This document shows, one piece after another, positions 1 to 7,015 of a DNA stretch of 32,000 nt. The DNA comes from Patescibacteria group bacterium. GTDB lineage: Bacteria; Patescibacteriota; Patescibacteriia; 2-01-FULL-39-33. Below the pieces are notes generated by a model, which saw only the letters and a list, made by a program, of their open reading frames with translations, was not told the origin of the DNA and did not search any database. Positions within the stretch are counted from its first letter, which is position 1, and each line of letters opens with the position of its first letter. The position numbers were made by a program, and so were the translations under genes. The stretch covers positions 150,001 to 182,000 of the forward strand of contig JBAZMW010000001.1 of NCBI GenBank assembly GCA_041649575.1, read 5' to 3'.

Positions 1-34
1 AAACAAAAAAACACCTCCGCTTTTAGGCGGAGGT
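1..34 (-). terminator. Intrinsic terminator downstream of the GT4 gene
   Basis: The hairpin is acctccgc/ttttag/gcggaggt at 13-34. On the minus strand it is followed by a T-run (complement of 1-11). It lies about 10 nt past the stop codon at 44-46. Confidence 0.6.
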
Positions 35-43
35 AAAATTTTT

Positions 44-1189
44 TTAAGCTTTTTTTAGAGCCAGCCTTCTCTTTTCCGGCATAATTTCTTGATAGAGGCT
101 AATGGTTTGTTTGACGATATTGTCCCAACCGTATTCTTTGTCAACGCGGGTTTTGGCCAACTGGGCTTTATCTTTGATAATCTTAGGATTGTCACAGGCA
201 AAATTTAATTTTCTGGCCAAATCCTCAATGTCTTTGTTTTTAAATTCCAGAGCAAAGCCCTTGACCGCCTCCCGGTTTTCCTCGATATCACTAATCAGCA
301 CCGGAATATTATAGGCCATGGCTTCCAATAAGGCGATAGATAATCCTTCGGCTTCGGAGGGCTGGATAAAGAGATAAGAGTTCTTAAATAAAGTTTCTAA
401 ATCACCGCCTGATTTTTGGCCGGTAAAAATTATTTTGTCATTATTGGCCGACAAGTTTTTGAGATAGTTAACATAGTTGTCGGTATTGGCGCCAGTGCCC
501 ACCAGCACCAGTTTTTTTTCGGTTTTTAGCTGTTGGTAAGCTTTGATTAAGGTATGAATGCCTTTATGTTGGATCAGTCTGGAAACGGCAATCAGGTAGC
601 CGTTTTTTTCCAGATTATATTTCTTTAAGATGTCGTTAGAATTTTTATTTTCGATCAACTGGACGCCGTTGGGGATATAGCTGGTTTCGCGATCAAAACG
701 ATACTTGCAATACTTTTTTAAGGTTTCAGAAACGGTAATGGTTTGGTGAGGAAAGCGGCAGGCAGCCCATTCGCCTAGTCCTAACATAAACCTGGCAAAG
801 CCACCCCATTTTTGATGGTAGCGATCAATGCAGTGAAAGGTGGCGATTACTTTGGCCTTTGGCTTGAAAAGCCGCGGAATCCACGATAACAGAGAAGGCC
901 CAACGCCGTGATAATGAATAATGTCATAATCCTTAAACAATGAATCAATGGAAGCAAAAAGAGTATGAGTAATCGCATCCAAATTTTTAGTCTTAATTGA
1001 AGGCAAATTAATAATTTTTACTCCCTGATAGGTATAAGAATTTTTGTAATTACCGGTGTAGTAGGCACGACTATAAACCGTGACATCAAAGCCTGCCCGG
1101 GCTAGCCTGGTAGAGAGCTCTTCGACATGTTTTTCAATGCCGCCTTGTTTGGTTGGTATGCCTTTTTGCCCGATTAATGCTATTTTCAT
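44..1189 (-). CDS. Glycosyltransferase, family 4 (GT-B fold)
   Basis: The ORF is 381 aa. Its N-terminus (MKIALIGQKGIP..GGIEKHV) is typical of GT4, and the C-terminal block PSEAEGLSIALLEAMA matches the GT4 E-x7-E region. There is no SD; an ATG follows an A/T-rich leader. Confidence 0.85.
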   Translation of the reverse strand: MKIALIGQKGIPTKQGGIEKHVEELSTRLARAGFDVTVYSRAYYTGNYKNSYTYQGVKIINLPSIKTKNLDAITHTLFASIDSLFKDYDIIHYHGVGPSLLSWIPRLFKPKAKVIATFHCIDRYHQKWGGFARFMLGLGEWAACRFPHQTITVSETLKKYCKYRFDRETSYIPNGVQLIENKNSNDILKKYNLEKNGYLIAVSRLIQHKGIHTLIKAYQQLKTEKKLVLVGTGANTDNYVNYLKNLSANNDKIIFTGQKSGGDLETLFKNSYLFIQPSEAEGLSIALLEAMAYNIPVLISDIEENREAVKGFALEFKNKDIEDLARKLNFACDNPKIIKDKAQLAKTRVDKEYGWDNIVKQTISLYQEIMPEKRRLALKKA

Positions 1190-1208
1190 AGATTCTTTTT
1201 AAGGGTTA

Positions 1209-1237
1209 ATCGTAGCAAATAAATAAAATCTTGTCAA
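1209..1237 (-). promoter_or_regulatory. Sigma70-type promoter for the GT4 gene
   Basis: On the minus strand: TTGACA (1232-1237), a 17-nt spacer, then TACGAT (1209-1214). The -10 box ends about 20 nt upstream of the ATG at 1189. Confidence 0.55.
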
Positions 1238-1286
1238 GGGCTATTTTTTGTTTTTAAGAGGATAAATCATTTTTGTTAAATTTAAG

Positions 1287-1334
1287 TAAAATAATAAGGT
1301 GGGGCCAAGCGATTTGCCGTCGCTTGGTCCCACC
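1287..1334 (-). terminator. GC-rich intrinsic terminator of cassette A
   Basis: On the minus strand: GGTGGGaCCAAGCGA-cggcaaa-TCGCTTGGcCCCACC (1298-1334), followed by ttattatttta. The hairpin starts 17 nt after the stop at 1352-1354. Confidence 0.7.
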
Positions 1335-1351
1335 AGGTGATGCACCTTCAA

Positions 1352-2542
1352 TCATCGGAAAAAGGGGACGCTCAGCGCCGCCATTTCCGGAGGCCGGTCT
1401 TCGAACACCAGCGAGCCACCTCGCAGGGTTATTGCCCGGCCATCAGTCGTGGCCGTTGGCACAGACCAGTTCCAGAGCGCCGCTTCCCAGGTGTCGCCGT
1501 TGGAGTCAATCCCGTCCAATTGGGTCATCAGGGTGTTGCCTGGCAACTCCATAATGACCGCCTGGCTGATCGAGAAGATCTGTTGGCGATAAACCGTCGC
1601 CGAGTCGCTGGTCCAACAAGTGAAGCGTACCAGCATGATGTCTGGCGGGCTACCAGTAAACAGGTTGCCAATTGCTGCTCCGTCGGCGTCGATCGTGGCT
1701 GTCAGCTTGCGGCCGTCAGCGGCATAGGCGAAGACCAGGCCCGGATGCGGCGTGTTGGCGGCTACTGTCAGCGCGGCGACATTGGACATTGTCTCCACGA
1801 TGACGTTTCTCACGACGCAGGTGTAGCTGCCGTTGTCCGAGACTTGCGCGGCGGTGATGATGAAAGCAGAGTTGGTGGCCCCACTTATCGCCGTGCCGTC
1901 CTTCTTCCATTGATAGGTGAAGAGCGGCAGATTGAAGCTGGAATCGGCTGCTACCGTGAACGTGGCCTGCGCATCGACGGCCACTGTTTGTGACGCCGGC
2001 TGCGTGTTAATCACTGGTGCGGCTGGTGCTGGTGTGGATAGGTCGAGGTTGTAACTGGCATCGGGTCGAACGGTAAGCGCCACGCCGTTGAGCCAGGCGT
2101 GGGCGATGCCGATTCCAAGCGATGGATCGGTATTGGCAAATATCCGTTGTTGGACGCCGCCGGGCGCGACCACAAAGTAGGGTGTGGTCCATAGCACCGG
2201 ATTGGTACTAAAGTCGAAGTCGACCGTGGCGCCAGAGAAGCTGGAAATGCCGTTGTAGCCGACCCCAGCGGTCTCTCCGATCGCGTCGCCGTTCGTTCCG
2301 ACGGCGCTAGTCTCGCAATGAGCCATCCAGGGAGGGACACTTCCGTACAACGCGGTCCCGCAAGCCGCGACATCCGACCACAGGTAATCGGGCTGGCCGG
2401 CGGCCACTTGCTTGAAGGTGCTGCCGTCGGCCAGGAAGACCACGTACAACTGGTCTTCACCAGGCTGGTGGAGATAGTAGACTTCCGCGGCTTGCACCCA
2501 GGCGGGGTAGACAAACAATAGTAGTACGAGTAGTTTCTTCAT
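1352..2542 (-). CDS. Secreted protein with one Ig-like (I-set/YQW-type) domain; high-GC cassette A
   Basis: I chose the ATG at 2542, not the track start at 2593, because GAAAGGAG lies 7 nt upstream. The N-terminus MKKLLVLLLFVYPAWVQA-AE is a signal peptide with an AXA cleavage site. The Ig-like block is QPASQTVAVDAQATFTV..YQWKKDGTAISGATNS..GSYTCVV. Overlapping ORFs in other frames are typical of GC-rich DNA. Confidence 0.75.
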   Translation of the reverse strand: MKKLLVLLLFVYPAWVQAAEVYYLHQPGEDQLYVVFLADGSTFKQVAAGQPDYLWSDVAACGTALYGSVPPWMAHCETSAVGTNGDAIGETAGVGYNGISSFSGATVDFDFSTNPVLWTTPYFVVAPGGVQQRIFANTDPSLGIGIAHAWLNGVALTVRPDASYNLDLSTPAPAAPVINTQPASQTVAVDAQATFTVAADSSFNLPLFTYQWKKDGTAISGATNSAFIITAAQVSDNGSYTCVVRNVIVETMSNVAALTVAANTPHPGLVFAYAADGRKLTATIDADGAAIGNLFTGSPPDIMLVRFTCWTSDSATVYRQQIFSISQAVIMELPGNTLMTQLDGIDSNGDTWEAALWNWSVPTATTDGRAITLRGGSLVFEDRPPEMAALSVPFFR

Positions 2543-2667
2543 GACACGACTCCTTTCGTCGGTTTGTGTGGGCAAAGATTGATCGTCGCCCACTTATGGA
2601 CAACAATCAACCGTTGACAATGTGCTTTCCGATTCTGGATAAATTACCACCAGATTCAGAACGTTGT

Positions 2668-2696
2668 ATTTTATATTATCTTTCGTAATTTGTCAA
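2668..2696 (-). promoter_or_regulatory. Sigma70-type promoter of cassette A
   Basis: On the minus strand: TTGACA (2691-2696), N17, TAAAAT (2668-2673). It sits in an AT-rich spacer 8 nt downstream of cassette B's terminator T-run. The implied 5' UTR is about 110 nt. Confidence 0.6.
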
Positions 2697-2703
2697 GTCT
2701 TTA

Positions 2704-2740
2704 TAAAAAAAGAAAACAGCTGATGCGCGCACCAGCTGCT
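2704..2740 (-). terminator. GC-rich intrinsic terminator of cassette B
   Basis: On the minus strand: GCAGCTGgTGCG/CGCAtCAGCTGT hairpin (2716-2740), followed by tttcttttttt (2704-2715). Confidence 0.7.
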
Positions 2741-2775
2741 GATAGTATGATGTACAAACGAGCAATCCCGAGACC

Positions 2776-3921
2776 CTAGAGTTGGCATGTCCAGGTGCTT
2801 CGGAGATCTTTGGCGGTCAGCTCTCCGTTGAAGAAGAGGTTGATGTAGTCCGGGTTAGCCCAGACCGTGCTGCCGTCTTGTCGGCGAGCTACCAGGTTGA
2901 ACCTCAAGGACGGTGTCCGGCCGGGACTGAGGAAAAACCGCAAGGGCCGAGTGGCTCCGGCCAGGTCTTTTCCTTCAATCGCACTCCAGGGCGGAGTGGA
3001 AACGGTGTCATAATAGCGAATGACATCAACCCGTCTGATCTGCGACCAGTCTGTCACGCCCGGGAAAGCCAGAGAGACGTGCTCCAGTCCTTGGTAGAGG
3101 CGAGCCTCGATCTTAGCTTTGGGCCAGACGCTGTCGTAGGTGAGCCAGAGAGTGGCTCGAAGTGGGGATGGTTCTATGACTACGTCGCGGATGACAGTTA
3201 AAGCCCAGTTTCCAGTAGAGTCCGCCACATCATACGACAAATAGTAGAAGCCAGGTTGTCGAGAATCGATCGATCCGGAGGCGATGATGTGACTGGTTAT
3301 GTCGCCGTCGATGTTATCAACGGCAGTCGCGCCCGGGTCGACGAATTCGTCACCAACCATGATGTAGGAAGTGAACCTGGTCATGAAGGCCAAGAGCAGA
3401 CTTCTTTGACCTGGTTGGTTTACCGGTATCAACCAGTATCCCAGCGGGCCATTGGCATCTTCGGCTTCCTCTTGCGGCTCGCCATCAACCGTGCAGGTGA
3501 GATTTGGCAGGTAGGCCCAGTATAAGCCGTCGGTTGTGGCGGGGTTGGGCGTGGTTGCATGCCTGGCAACCAGCGTGACCGCTACCGAGCCGACATCCGG
3601 CGGGAATTCGTGGGTGACAGCTAACCGTTCTGGGCAGTTAGGCGAGAATCCGGAAGTGGTGAATTTCATGGTGCTATAATTACCGCACCACATCATCACG
3701 CCGACATTCTCGATATTAGCGTCGGGTAGATCAATGAAGAGATCAGTCAGGAAATGGCATTCATCTTCATTGAAGTGAACCCATAGACTGGGCACCAGAC
3801 CGGTGTTAGCCATGGGCCAATTCTTCTGAGTGTCGCCTGGAGTTACGGCCGCTGGCGGACAACCGCTTAAGGGAACTAATGCTACTGCCAGGAGTAGTGT
3901 TGGGGCAATCAAGTTTTTCAT
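2776..3921 (-). CDS. Lipoprotein with a DUF5011-like bacterial Ig-like domain; high-GC cassette B
   Basis: The ORF is 381 aa, with GAAAGGA 7 nt upstream of the ATG. The signal peptide ends in the lipobox LSGC. The block VGDEFVDPGATAVDNIDGDITSHI..GFYYLSYDVADSTGNWA..R.VVI matches my recollection of the DUF5011 pattern. The N-terminal module resembles the central module of cassette C protein (HF..ECHF..MMWCGNY versus HHW..NCF..AMVCAYPN). Confidence 0.72.
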   Translation of the reverse strand: MKNLIAPTLLLAVALVPLSGCPPAAVTPGDTQKNWPMANTGLVPSLWVHFNEDECHFLTDLFIDLPDANIENVGVMMWCGNYSTMKFTTSGFSPNCPERLAVTHEFPPDVGSVAVTLVARHATTPNPATTDGLYWAYLPNLTCTVDGEPQEEAEDANGPLGYWLIPVNQPGQRSLLLAFMTRFTSYIMVGDEFVDPGATAVDNIDGDITSHIIASGSIDSRQPGFYYLSYDVADSTGNWALTVIRDVVIEPSPLRATLWLTYDSVWPKAKIEARLYQGLEHVSLAFPGVTDWSQIRRVDVIRYYDTVSTPPWSAIEGKDLAGATRPLRFFLSPGRTPSLRFNLVARRQDGSTVWANPDYINLFFNGELTAKDLRSTWTCQL

Positions 3922-3967
3922 GTCTTGATCCTTTCTGCCAAGCCCAACCAGAGGTCGGGGGTAGAAA

Positions 3968-4040
3968 GCGTGGACAAGATTTGCAAAAGTTATTGTCCAC
4001 GCCTGTGGACAACAGCTGTAAGCATGGGGCGCTGTCCACG
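3968..4040 (-). promoter_or_regulatory. Four-segment alternative-hairpin element in the 5' UTR of cassette B
   Basis: The 7-mer GTGGACA/TGTCCAC occurs four times in alternating orientation (3970-3976, 3994-4000, 4005-4011, 4033-4039). Mutually exclusive pairings are possible: a perfect 10-bp inverted repeat (3968-3977 with 3993-4002) and a perfect 8-bp inverted repeat (3993-4000 with 4005-4012). Confidence 0.4.
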
Positions 4041-4103
4041 GCCCTAGAAATCACAACTTCTCAAGGTGCTCCAAACCCGGGAACTGCCAGGGTTTAGTTG
4101 GTT

Positions 4104-4132
4104 ATTGTATGTTATTTTTTATAACTTGTCAA
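4104..4132 (-). promoter_or_regulatory. Sigma70-type promoter of cassette B
   Basis: On the minus strand: TTGACA (4127-4132), N17, TACAAT (4104-4109). It lies 12 nt downstream of cassette C's terminator T-run. The implied 5' UTR is about 180 nt. Confidence 0.6.
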
Positions 4133-4144
4133 TTAGTATTTAAG

Positions 4145-4198
4145 ATAAAAAAAGAAGGGGAACAGCCATGACTCTCTCGTGAGAGATGGCTATTCCCC
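4145..4198 (-). terminator. GC-rich intrinsic terminator of cassette C
   Basis: On the minus strand: GGGGAAtAGCCATctCTCTC-acga-GAGAGtcATGGCTgTTCCCC (4157-4198), followed by ttctttttttat (4145-4156). The hairpin starts 20 nt after the stop at 4219-4221. Confidence 0.75.
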
Positions 4199-4218
4199 GT
4201 CCAAGGTACAGAGCCCGC

Positions 4219-6714
4219 TTAGAGCGCGGGCATGTCGTAGTTGTCGCCGTCCGCCCGGCTCATGACGCTGCCATTCCAGGTTCCGGGAACCTTGCCAGTA
4301 TTGACGAAGTACCTGGCTGGGTCGCCGGAGAGTTTGACGAACGGGACGGCTCTTCGCGGCTTGTCCGAAACGTCCAACGTCACCGACGATGACCCTGACA
4401 CAGTCATCGTCGCCGACTTACTCTCGTGCCGCGACGGTTGGCTCGTCCACAGCCATAAGATCCCGACCTCGCAAACGTCGGCGTAGGTCTTGCCGGACGG
4501 CAGATTGCTGTACGGCGAGATGATCTCGGCCAGCGTCAGGCTGTCAGGCAGGATGCGGAGGTTGACCGTTGACCCGCCGCTGTAAGTGAATTCAGCGACA
4601 AGGGTCGTCGATGCTCCGACTATCAGTATGGCCTCGGTGGAGGTCACACTGCCGACAGCGTTGGAGACGGTGCAAGCGTAACGAGCCGTGTCAGTGTTCG
4701 TCACACCGAGCGTGAAGCTGGAGTTGGTGGCTCCGCTTATTGCCACGCCGTCCTTCTTCCACTGATACGAGAGCGGCGTCGTGCCCGAGGCCACAACCGT
4801 GAACGTAACCAGCGATCCAATACTGGCCGTCTGTGATACCGGTTGCGTGGTGATCGTCGGGGCGACCGCTGTCGATTCGATTGTCAGTGTAGCCACATTG
4901 GACGTTGCTGTTCCAGCGGCGTTTTTCACGACACAGCGATAGGCGCCTTCGTTGATCGCACCTGCCGACAGAATAGTGAGCGCGGAGCTCTTCACACCTA
5001 TCGAAGCGCTGTTCTCTGCGATGTCAACGCCGTTCATCTGCCATTGGTATGACAGCGGCGCTGTGCCCGTAGCCGTGACACTGAAGGTGGCCGACGCACC
5101 CAGGTCCACAGTAAGCGAGTCTGGCTGTTTGGTGATCGTCGGGGCGACGGCTGTCGACGCTAGCGTCAGCGTTGCCACGTTCGACGTTGCTGTTCCAGCG
5201 GCGTTCTTCACGATACAGCGGTAGGCGCCAGCATTCACTGTGCCAACTGACAAGATTGTAAGAGTCGGACTCTTTATTCCCGTAGACGCGCTGTTCTCGG
5301 GAATGTCCACTCCGTTGTCTTGCCATTGGTATGACAGTGGCGCTGTGCCGGTGGCCGTGACACTGAAGATCGCCTGTTCGCCGACGTTTACCGTCAGTGA
5401 ATCCGGCTGTTTGGTGATCGCCGGGCTGATGGCTTCTCCTGCGGCCATGGCCACGTCGATTTTGTAGTAGCCGAGTCCTTGCCCGCTGGAGCCGGTCTCC
5501 TCGTGGAGTTCGGTTCCGCCACTCACGCCGATGCCTTGCACTGTGCCGTTCTCGGCGGCATCGACCCGCCAGAGTTTGACCCAGTAGAAATGGTCGGAGT
5601 TCGGGTGTTTGGCTGCGAGTCGTAGCTCGATCTGTTCGGCGCCGGCCATGTTCTGTTGCCAGACACCTTTGAGATTGATCACGGCCGGCGTACCATACTC
5701 CCAGTCGGGTGGTGGTACTGGCAGGATGATGCCGCCAGTATCGTTCGGGTACGCGCAAACCATCGCGCAGAGTCCGCTCGGAGACTGGTCATCGGGCCAT
5801 CCGATGAAGCAGTTCCTCAGATCCCAGTGGTGTACATCGCAGTACACCGAGAGTTCGTCGCTGGTGTTGACGACGTTCAAGGTGACAATCGCGCTGTCGT
5901 CTTGCCAGGGGATTTCGCCCTCTCCTTCGCCTTCGCCTTCTCCTTCTCCGGCGTGATGGTTGGGATGGTCGTCCGGATTCAGTGGGTCGGTACCGGCATT
6001 GATTTCTTCGCGGTCCGTGTAGCCGTCTCCATCCGTGTCGGATCCGTACTGACCATACGGCAGGGTACCATAGAAGCATTCCTGCCAGTTGGGTACGCCA
6101 TCGCTGTCCGGATCGCCTAGGGACCCGTTTTCGCCCGCCGGATCGTGCGGATCCAGCGAGTTTAGTGACTCCCAGAAATTGGGCATGCCGTCGCCGTCGG
6201 TATCGTCCAGTTCCGGAGCTTGCCGCCGGATGAAGATCGTGATCACAGAGTCGTGTCCGTTTAGTTTAACGGATAGGTCGACTCTGATCGACTTCGCCGC
6301 CGGGCTTGGTGGTACCGTTACCTCCCACTGCGTGCCGTCTCCTTCGATGTGGGGCGGGTCACTGGGAACACCAAATGGTTTACCCACCTCATTGAGATAG
6401 AGTCCATCGGTGATGCCACTGGCTTTGCCGCAGTCAAGCGGGAAGTCGACCCACTGGCCTTGCATTTCGGGCAGGGAAATCTCATACGAAACCGTCCCGC
6501 CCCTGGCGCAGTCGAAGTGGGCGCCGTCGATCTTGATCTTGGCCCCGTGTGAAATAACCACTCCAGGGTTGGCAACCTCGACAATTCCGATTTGCTGTCC
6601 GGTCTCGCCGAAGGTCGTCACCAGGATCGACATCTCTCTTTTTTCGGGGCATCCTACGAACAGAAGCCCCATGGCCAACGTAACTGCCACGCACATACTC
6701 ACTCTCGTCTTCAT
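4219..6714 (-). CDS. Large lipoprotein with thrombospondin-type-3-like Ca-binding repeats, a (GE)6 linker and three tandem Ig-like domains; high-GC cassette C
   Basis: I chose the ATG at 6714 because AAAGGAGG lies 4 nt upstream; the track start at 6765 is a TTG. The N-terminus MKTRVSMCVAVTLAMGLLFVGC carries a lipobox-like VGC. Asp-rich repeats (DTDGDGMPN, DPDSDGVPN, DTDGDGYTD) resemble TSP type 3. There are three units of the form QPDSLTV..ATFSVTATGTAPLSYQW..GAYRC.VKNAAGTATS. Confidence 0.8.
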   Translation of the reverse strand: MKTRVSMCVAVTLAMGLLFVGCPEKREMSILVTTFGETGQQIGIVEVANPGVVISHGAKIKIDGAHFDCARGGTVSYEISLPEMQGQWVDFPLDCGKASGITDGLYLNEVGKPFGVPSDPPHIEGDGTQWEVTVPPSPAAKSIRVDLSVKLNGHDSVITIFIRRQAPELDDTDGDGMPNFWESLNSLDPHDPAGENGSLGDPDSDGVPNWQECFYGTLPYGQYGSDTDGDGYTDREEINAGTDPLNPDDHPNHHAGEGEGEGEGEGEIPWQDDSAIVTLNVVNTSDELSVYCDVHHWDLRNCFIGWPDDQSPSGLCAMVCAYPNDTGGIILPVPPPDWEYGTPAVINLKGVWQQNMAGAEQIELRLAAKHPNSDHFYWVKLWRVDAAENGTVQGIGVSGGTELHEETGSSGQGLGYYKIDVAMAAGEAISPAITKQPDSLTVNVGEQAIFSVTATGTAPLSYQWQDNGVDIPENSASTGIKSPTLTILSVGTVNAGAYRCIVKNAAGTATSNVATLTLASTAVAPTITKQPDSLTVDLGASATFSVTATGTAPLSYQWQMNGVDIAENSASIGVKSSALTILSAGAINEGAYRCVVKNAAGTATSNVATLTIESTAVAPTITTQPVSQTASIGSLVTFTVVASGTTPLSYQWKKDGVAISGATNSSFTLGVTNTDTARYACTVSNAVGSVTSTEAILIVGASTTLVAEFTYSGGSTVNLRILPDSLTLAEIISPYSNLPSGKTYADVCEVGILWLWTSQPSRHESKSATMTVSGSSSVTLDVSDKPRRAVPFVKLSGDPARYFVNTGKVPGTWNGSVMSRADGDNYDMPAL
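4849..5412. repeat. Two tandem 282-bp repeat units coding Ig-like domains
   Basis: The string ggtgatcgtcggggcgac starts at 4849 and at 5131; a related ggtgatcgccgggc starts at 5413. The period is therefore 282 bp (94 codons). The encoded units are about 80% identical. A more diverged third unit lies at about 4567-4848. Confidence 0.85.
5914..5949. repeat. Hexanucleotide-type low-complexity repeat encoding (Gly-Glu)6
   Basis: The sequence ttcgccctctccttcgccttcgccttctccttctcc encodes GEGEGEGEGEGE on the minus strand, between the TSP3-like region and the central module. Confidence 0.8.
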
Positions 6715-6926
6715 GTTGCCTCCTTTGCCCTTGAGGGCTGTCTGTGTTGGTCGCCCTCGGGGCAACCGTCTTCACTATGTGACACTCCATTACAACACTC
6801 TTACTTGCAAACGAACAACGCGGTTGTTCGTTTTCCTTCTTTGTTTCAAAGGACTGCCGACCACGAGTTCCATGGTCGCTTAAACTGGCCTAAGTCAAAA
6901 GAAAGACCGACCAAGTTTAATATATT

Positions 6927-6955
6927 ATTTTAGCAAGATTATATTTTTTTGTCAA
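6927..6955 (-). promoter_or_regulatory. Sigma70-type promoter of cassette C
   Basis: On the minus strand: TTGACA (6950-6955), N17, TAAAAT (6927-6932). The implied 5' UTR is about 210 nt and contains a perfect 10-bp hairpin at 6810-6832. Confidence 0.6.
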
Positions 6956-6980
6956 GATCTAAAAAATTTTTTAAAAATAA

Positions 6981-7015
6981 AAACAAAAAATTCTGATTAT
7001 CAGAATTTTTTGTTT
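6981..7015 (-). terminator. AT-rich palindromic terminator after the 7029-8306 gene
   Basis: The 16-nt arms are perfectly complementary: aaacaaaaaattctga / tta / tcagaattttttgttt. The element lies 14 nt past the stop at 7029-7031. The T-rich and A-rich arms make it look bidirectional. Confidence 0.55.

Noticed and set aside
1745-4860. A diversity-generating retroelement: the Ig-domain DNA of cassette A (about 1850-1925) resembles the third Ig unit of cassette C (about 4725-4800).
   Set aside because: The mismatches between the two stretches are ordinary transitions spread over C/T and A/G positions, not adenine-specific substitutions. No reverse transcriptase or Avd-like ORF is present. The similarity is explained by paralogous Ig-like domains.
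1273-6933. Many additional ORFs in the track lie inside the GC-rich islands. Examples are 1337-1993 (+), 2011-2514 (-), 2782-3201 (+), 5024-5758 (-), 5656-6120 (+), 6410-6883 (+) and all plus-strand ORFs at 18447-18799.
   Set aside because: They overlap the SD-linked, signal-peptide-bearing, domain-containing frames. They are Arg/Pro/Gly-rich shadow frames of the kind expected where stop codons are rare in GC-rich DNA. They have no promoter or SD context.
1287-6955. The high-GC islands (also 18422-18832, 28429-28946 and 29845-30401) could be assembly chimeras or contaminating contig fragments.
   Set aside because: Six separate GC-rich segments are each embedded between intact backbone genes on one contig. 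The composition switch always falls inside a coherent regulatory layout: an AT-rich promoter upstream and a terminator T-run abutting backbone sequence. Random chimeric joins would not repeatedly produce that. Read-level confirmation is still advisable.
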